A stretch of DNA of 64,000 bases from Candidatus Latescibacterota bacterium (lineage in GTDB: Bacteria > Latescibacterota > UBA2968 > GCA-2709665), in contig OZ241917.1 of NCBI GenBank assembly GCA_965203805.1, positions 384,001-448,000 on the forward strand. The letters run 5' to 3'. The stretch's first letter is position 1, and the number at the start of each line of letters is the position of its first letter. The notes beneath the pieces were generated by a model. The model was not told the DNA's origin, did no database searches, and was given only the letters and a program-made list of their open reading frames with translations. This document shows positions 59,611-64,000 of this stretch, piece after piece. The position numbers and the translations under genes are program-made.

Positions 59611-62547
59611 ATGGCATCACTGAAGCCGTGGTATCAAGTTGTAACACCAAGAGAGGATTTAAGGGAGAATCGACCGCTTGATGCATCTGAATTTGCCGTT
59701 CATTTGGATCATATCCGTGACAGGCGATCTCATGTGGATTATTGTGAACCAGACCGGTTTTTTGATCGCACATACTTGACCAGGAACTTACTGGATCTGA
59801 CATCACAGGTTGTGCGGAGACTTTCCGGTATCAAGGTTGGGACTTCTGCTGTATTCAATATGGCAACACAATTTGGGGGCGGGAAGACACACGCTTTAAC
59901 TGCCCTTTATCATATAGCTCGCGGCGGAAATAAAGCCAAGGATTGGAAGGGTATCAGTTCAATATTGACTAAAGCACAAGTTCGGGAAGTGCCGAAAGCT
60001 GATGTCGCTGTATTTGTGGGTACTGAGTTCGATGTGCTGGATGGACGGGGTGGAAAAGGAGAACCACATCGCAGAACACCCTGGGGTGAAATTGCCTGGC
60101 AACTTGGAAAGAAGAGAGCATTCGATGTGGTTGCCAGCCATGATGATAAAGGCATTGCCCCTGCAGGTGATGTGATCAGAAAAATGTTGCCAGATGGCCC
60201 TGTGCTGATTCTGATTGATGAATTGTTAAATTATGTCAGTCGTAGTCGCAAATCAGGGCTTTCAGATCAGTTTTATGATTTCGTGCAGAGCTTGTCGGAA
60301 GAATCCCGTGCTCGAGAAAATATCGTGCTTTGTGTTTCGATTCCGGCATCTGAACTTGAGATGAACCCGGAAGATCAGCGGGATTACGATTCTTACAAAA
60401 AGATGTTGGATCGTCTTGGAAAAGTCATCAGTATGGCATCGGATACAGAAGTGACTGAGATTATTCGCCGACGCCTTTTTGAGTGGCACGGCATCCCTAA
60501 CGAAGGGAATCAGGTAGTTGCCGCCTATGCAGAATGGGCACAGCAACATGCTGATGAACTATCAAATTTGGGAGATCGAGATACTGCAGAAGTGTTCCGT
60601 GCCTGTTATCCGTTTCACCCTTCTATGATTTCTGTTTTTGAGCGCAAATGGCAGAGTTTGCCCAGATTCCAGCGCACGCGCGGAATACTGCGTCTTTTCG
60701 CCCTCTGGATTGCACGGCAATATCAAGAGGAACACAAAAAGGCGTCGAGAGAGCCGCTGATCACTCTTGGATCTGCTCCTTTGGAGGATCAGGTTTTCAG
60801 GGATGCAGTATTTGAACAGCTTGGGTCTGATCAGCTTTCTACACCTGTCACGACAGATATTGCGGGCAAAAAGGATGCCCACTCTATCAAGTTGGACCGA
60901 GAGGCAACGGATTCGATCAAGAAGAGCAGGTTACATCAAAAGGTGAGCACTGTCATATTCTTTGAGTGTAATGGGGGGCAAAGCCAGAGTAAAGCTGATG
61001 CTTCGGTTCCTGAGATCCGAACTGCGTTGGGTAGTCCGGATTTAAATCTCGCAGAAATAGAGGCCGTCTTAGAGGGATTGAGTTCTACCTGCTACTATCT
61101 TACGTGGGACCGCAACCGATATCGGTTCGGTTTAAGGCCTAATCTCAACCAGATGCTGGTGACTCGCCGTGGAGCAATATCTGTCAGAGATATTGATGAT
61201 CAGGTACGTAAGACAATTATCGACGTCTTCAAGGATGGGCAACAAGCTCTTGAACGGCGTTATTTTCCTGCACGAAGTAATGACATTCCGGACCGTCCTC
61301 AGTTGACACTGGCAATATTAAGCCCCGATTATCTGGCCAAAGACGCAGAATCCAAAGCACTGATGGAGAAAATGGTTCGGGAATCTGGATTATCGGGACG
61401 CACGTACAAATCAGGCCTGGTCTTTGTAGCTTCAGATTCTGCGACACTAATGACCGAGGCCGCCCGGACACTTCTGGCCTGGGACGACATTCAGGACGAT
61501 GTGGACTCCGTCGCACAATTGGAAGAATCGCAGAAACGGAATTTAACCAGGAGCCTTGGACGTGCCCGATCTGATCTTAAAGAAGCGATCTGGCGTTCCT
61601 ACAGGCATGTCTTCCTATTGGCCGAAAACAATAGACTTAAAGAGGTTGATCTAGGGCAGGTGACATCCAGCATGGCCTCCAATTATGTTGATTTGCTCGT
61701 AAATCAACTTACCCGGGACGATGAAATTACTTCATCTGTAGGCGTCAATCGTCTAATCCGTGTTTGGCCACCTGCCTTGACAGAATGGTCAACAAAAGAT
61801 GTGCGCGATGCGTTTTTTGCTTCTCCAGCTCTTCCCCGATTATTGGAACCAGATTCTATCAAACGGACCATTGCCGACGGTGTCAGCGCTAAGTCGCTTG
61901 GATATGCCCGTAGAGAATCGGATGGGCTAGTTCTCGAAAAATTCGGCGATAGTATGTCTGACCTGGAAGTCGAGATTGACAAAGACGTTTTCATACTCAA
62001 AGCGGATGATGCACAAAAACTGGTTGAACCCCCCAGGCTGGATCGATTGCTCATTCAGCCCGATCAAGCAGAGGCGAATCCTGGAAAGCGTGTGACATTT
62101 TCTGCTACGGGTTTGGATCAATATGGTCACAAATACGATGTTAAGGATGTAAAATGGTTTACGTCAGATGGTGGAATTGATGAAAACGGCCTCCTAATAG
62201 CTGCCGATAACACTGGGATTTATACGATTACTGCTCAGGTTGAAGGTATACAGAATAGTACTCAACTCAGAGTAACAGATAAGGTTCCTGGTGGCGGTGG
62301 TGGAGACGAAAGTGATGACGTTGGCATAGAAGGTGTGACTATACGGTGGCAGGGCGATGTCCCTCCGCAAAAGTGGATGAACTTCTATACCAAAGTCTTG
62401 ACCCGCTTTGTTACAGAGCCCGGATTGAAACTACAGGTCAGTTTTGAGGCGCCCACAGAAGAAGCCGCCGCACAGAACACGCTGGACCAAATTAAGAGCG
62501 CATTGCGCGATCTTGGGCTAGGCGAGGACGCATCGGCTGGACAATAG
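59611..62547 (+). CDS. DUF499 family AAA+ ATPase with late Ig-like domain
   Basis: LKPW..VVTPREDL, EFAVHL, TQFGGGKTH, ILIDE, YPFHP, FQRTRG.LR. Confidence 0.92.
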   Translation: MASLKPWYQVVTPREDLRENRPLDASEFAVHLDHIRDRRSHVDYCEPDRFFDRTYLTRNLLDLTSQVVRRLSGIKVGTSAVFNMATQFGGGKTHALTALYHIARGGNKAKDWKGISSILTKAQVREVPKADVAVFVGTEFDVLDGRGGKGEPHRRTPWGEIAWQLGKKRAFDVVASHDDKGIAPAGDVIRKMLPDGPVLILIDELLNYVSRSRKSGLSDQFYDFVQSLSEESRARENIVLCVSIPASELEMNPEDQRDYDSYKKMLDRLGKVISMASDTEVTEIIRRRLFEWHGIPNEGNQVVAAYAEWAQQHADELSNLGDRDTAEVFRACYPFHPSMISVFERKWQSLPRFQRTRGILRLFALWIARQYQEEHKKASREPLITLGSAPLEDQVFRDAVFEQLGSDQLSTPVTTDIAGKKDAHSIKLDREATDSIKKSRLHQKVSTVIFFECNGGQSQSKADASVPEIRTALGSPDLNLAEIEAVLEGLSSTCYYLTWDRNRYRFGLRPNLNQMLVTRRGAISVRDIDDQVRKTIIDVFKDGQQALERRYFPARSNDIPDRPQLTLAILSPDYLAKDAESKALMEKMVRESGLSGRTYKSGLVFVASDSATLMTEAARTLLAWDDIQDDVDSVAQLEESQKRNLTRSLGRARSDLKEAIWRSYRHVFLLAENNRLKEVDLGQVTSSMASNYVDLLVNQLTRDDEITSSVGVNRLIRVWPPALTEWSTKDVRDAFFASPALPRLLEPDSIKRTIADGVSAKSLGYARRESDGLVLEKFGDSMSDLEVEIDKDVFILKADDAQKLVEPPRLDRLLIQPDQAEANPGKRVTFSATGLDQYGHKYDVKDVKWFTSDGGIDENGLLIAADNTGIYTITAQVEGIQNSTQLRVTDKVPGGGGGDESDDVGIEGVTIRWQGDVPPQKWMNFYTKVLTRFVTEPGLKLQVSFEAPTEEAAAQNTLDQIKSALRDLGLGEDASAGQ

Positions 62548-62595
62548 CGTTAGGACCTGACAAGATTTACATCTCTCCAGTAAGGACCGCTTCCG

Positions 62596-63363
62596 ATGGG
62601 ACACGAAAGAACAGGAACACTTCCCCGTTCGCAGCAATGGCGAAGTGTTGTCGCCCACATTGCCCAATTTCCGGAAGAAGGCAACGTTTCGGATGTTGCT
62701 AAAGCAATCATTTCTAATGTTCGGAAGCAGTTCCTTCAGATTCATAGAGACGATGGCGTTAAAGCCGCGTTTGGGTTCCTTATAGCGCTTTCGCGCGCTT
62801 CCGTCTCAGATGAATCTGAACCTCTTTATGTAGATCTCTCCTCAAATCCCTCACCTCTCCGAATCTCCTTAGACCTGTCCAAATGGGTCAAAGCACACAC
62901 TAATTCTCTTGAATATGCGGAAATTGCACAGAAAGCCGCCATAGACGCTGTGGGAATATGGACCCGGCAACAACAGCAGCAACAGACCATCTTCAACGAT
63001 TACAGCGACGCTGTTGAAGTGTGGCGAAAAGCGGGTGACGGCAGCGGATTTTGTGTGGTGGCACGACTGTTCTTTGCCAAATTTACAGAGAAATATCTCA
63101 ACTACTTTCTTGAGAGAGAAGCATCGGCCGTCCTGCCAAATGTGAAGACACGTGATGAATTCTCCTCCCTTTTGGAAGAACATATCGACGCTGTTTCTGA
63201 TCATGCGTTTGAAACCGCCAGAATTGCGCGATCGTTTGCTGCTGGATGGTACAATAATCACGCACTTAAGGGAATGCCATCAAATGAGGAAACAGAGCGA
63301 TTTTTGGCAGTAGCGTTTGGCAAAATCCGCGAGGAATTAATGCGGGAAAGTGTCCAGATATGA
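62596..63363 (+). CDS. Helical hypothetical protein, putative QueC partner (QatB-like position)
   Basis: Starts MGHERTG.LPR; its stop overlaps the QueC-like start (ATGA). Confidence 0.7.
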   Translation: MGHERTGTLPRSQQWRSVVAHIAQFPEEGNVSDVAKAIISNVRKQFLQIHRDDGVKAAFGFLIALSRASVSDESEPLYVDLSSNPSPLRISLDLSKWVKAHTNSLEYAEIAQKAAIDAVGIWTRQQQQQQTIFNDYSDAVEVWRKAGDGSGFCVVARLFFAKFTEKYLNYFLEREASAVLPNVKTRDEFSSLLEEHIDAVSDHAFETARIARSFAAGWYNNHALKGMPSNEETERFLAVAFGKIREELMRESVQI

Positions 63364-64000
63364 CGAGAGACGCCTCCCACATTATTCTGTGCAATAATGC
63401 TGAAATGGATGGCAGCAAGCTTGGGAAATCCGTGAAGCGGCTTAACTATCTGGAGGAAGCCACCAGGAATGTCAATCTCCTGCTTCCCGATTTTGTCAGA
63501 GGCGTATATTATCTGCCCGACCGACTGTTAGATCTTCTTGAGATAGCATCATTTGTTTACAACGGCGATCGAATGACTACCCGAGGTTCTCGAGATGCAG
63601 TAGAATATCACAGTTGGTCTCGGACGCTTGAATTCGTTATCCGGGTTCGCGATGAACAATTTTGGAATAAACCCGAGGTTAAACAGGCTTTGGCGGCAGC
63701 GTTGAGATTTGTAACCGGTGATCGAGAGTATCGGTTTCATTTCCACCCGGGTCATTCAACTTCACCCACCAGTCTCTTTGACCGGCAGGAGTTCAGTGTT
63801 GCCGTCAAAAAGGACGTTTCTGTCATACTCTTCTCAGGTGGGCTTGATTCACTAGCCGGAGTGCTGGAACGGTTGTTAAATACTGACGACCAATTGTGTT
63901 TGGTTAGCCACCAGTCACTTCAGCCGAGCATAATCAGAACTCAGGAACGCCTCGTAGATACTCTGAAATCACGCTTTCCAAATCGAATTTACCACTATCG
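63360..64000 (+). CDS. QatC/QueC-like (7-cyano-7-deazaguanine synthase fold) protein, truncated by the window end
   Basis: Manual translation: MTRDASH...DLLEIASFVYNGDR..RG...WSR...RVRD..FW...LRFVTGD...VILFSGGLDSLAG...LVSH; PP-loop preceded by a QatC-type N-terminal extension. Confidence 0.85.
   Translation, partial: MTRDASHIILCNNAEMDGSKLGKSVKRLNYLEEATRNVNLLLPDFVRGVYYLPDRLLDLLEIASFVYNGDRMTTRGSRDAVEYHSWSRTLEFVIRVRDEQFWNKPEVKQALAAALRFVTGDREYRFHFHPGHSTSPTSLFDRQEFSVAVKKDVSVILFSGGLDSLAGVLERLLNTDDQLCLVSHQSLQPSIIRTQERLVDTLKSRFPNRIYHY

Noticed and set aside
1-64000. CRISPR array, rRNA, tRNA or integrase
   Set aside because: No regularly spaced direct repeats or RNA-gene signatures seen; the island's left edge (~45,140-45,240) shows no recognisable att site

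Overview
Bacterial chromosomal window with two parts. Bases 1 to ~45,140 are GC-rich host DNA. They carry housekeeping genes (uvrB-nadC-birA-coaX; rplM-rpsI-rpsB-tsf-frr, with pyrH absent) and many catabolic genes: Gfo/Idh/MocA oxidoreductases, TIM-barrel epimerases, PhyH dioxygenase, sulfatase, DUF1080, CBM9 and a Dpp transporter. This gene content suggests an uncultured FCB-type (Latescibacterota/Gemmatimonadota-like) heterotroph, which is inference only. From ~45,200 to the window end is a visibly AT-richer defence island: PD-(D/E)XK protein, PHP-ABC ATPase (Ppl/TrlF-like), IS1380, SNF2 helicase-DUF3883, ABC ATPase-TOPRIM, DUF1156 methylase, small hypothetical, DUF499 ATPase, an 'MGH' helical protein and a QatC/QueC-like enzyme (truncated by the window and absent from the ORF track). 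Four observations stand out: (1) a DUF499/DUF1156/SNF2 system joined to a QatBC-like deazaguanine module; (2) four short CCTG...CAGG palindromes inserted inside one IS1380 transposase, with an identical copy elsewhere in the host DNA; (3) a highly structured ~255-nt RNA candidate with its own promoter and extended anti-16S complementarity upstream of rplM; (4) a probable bacterial OSGIN1-like flavoprotein. Family assignments come from motif recognition only; no searches were run.
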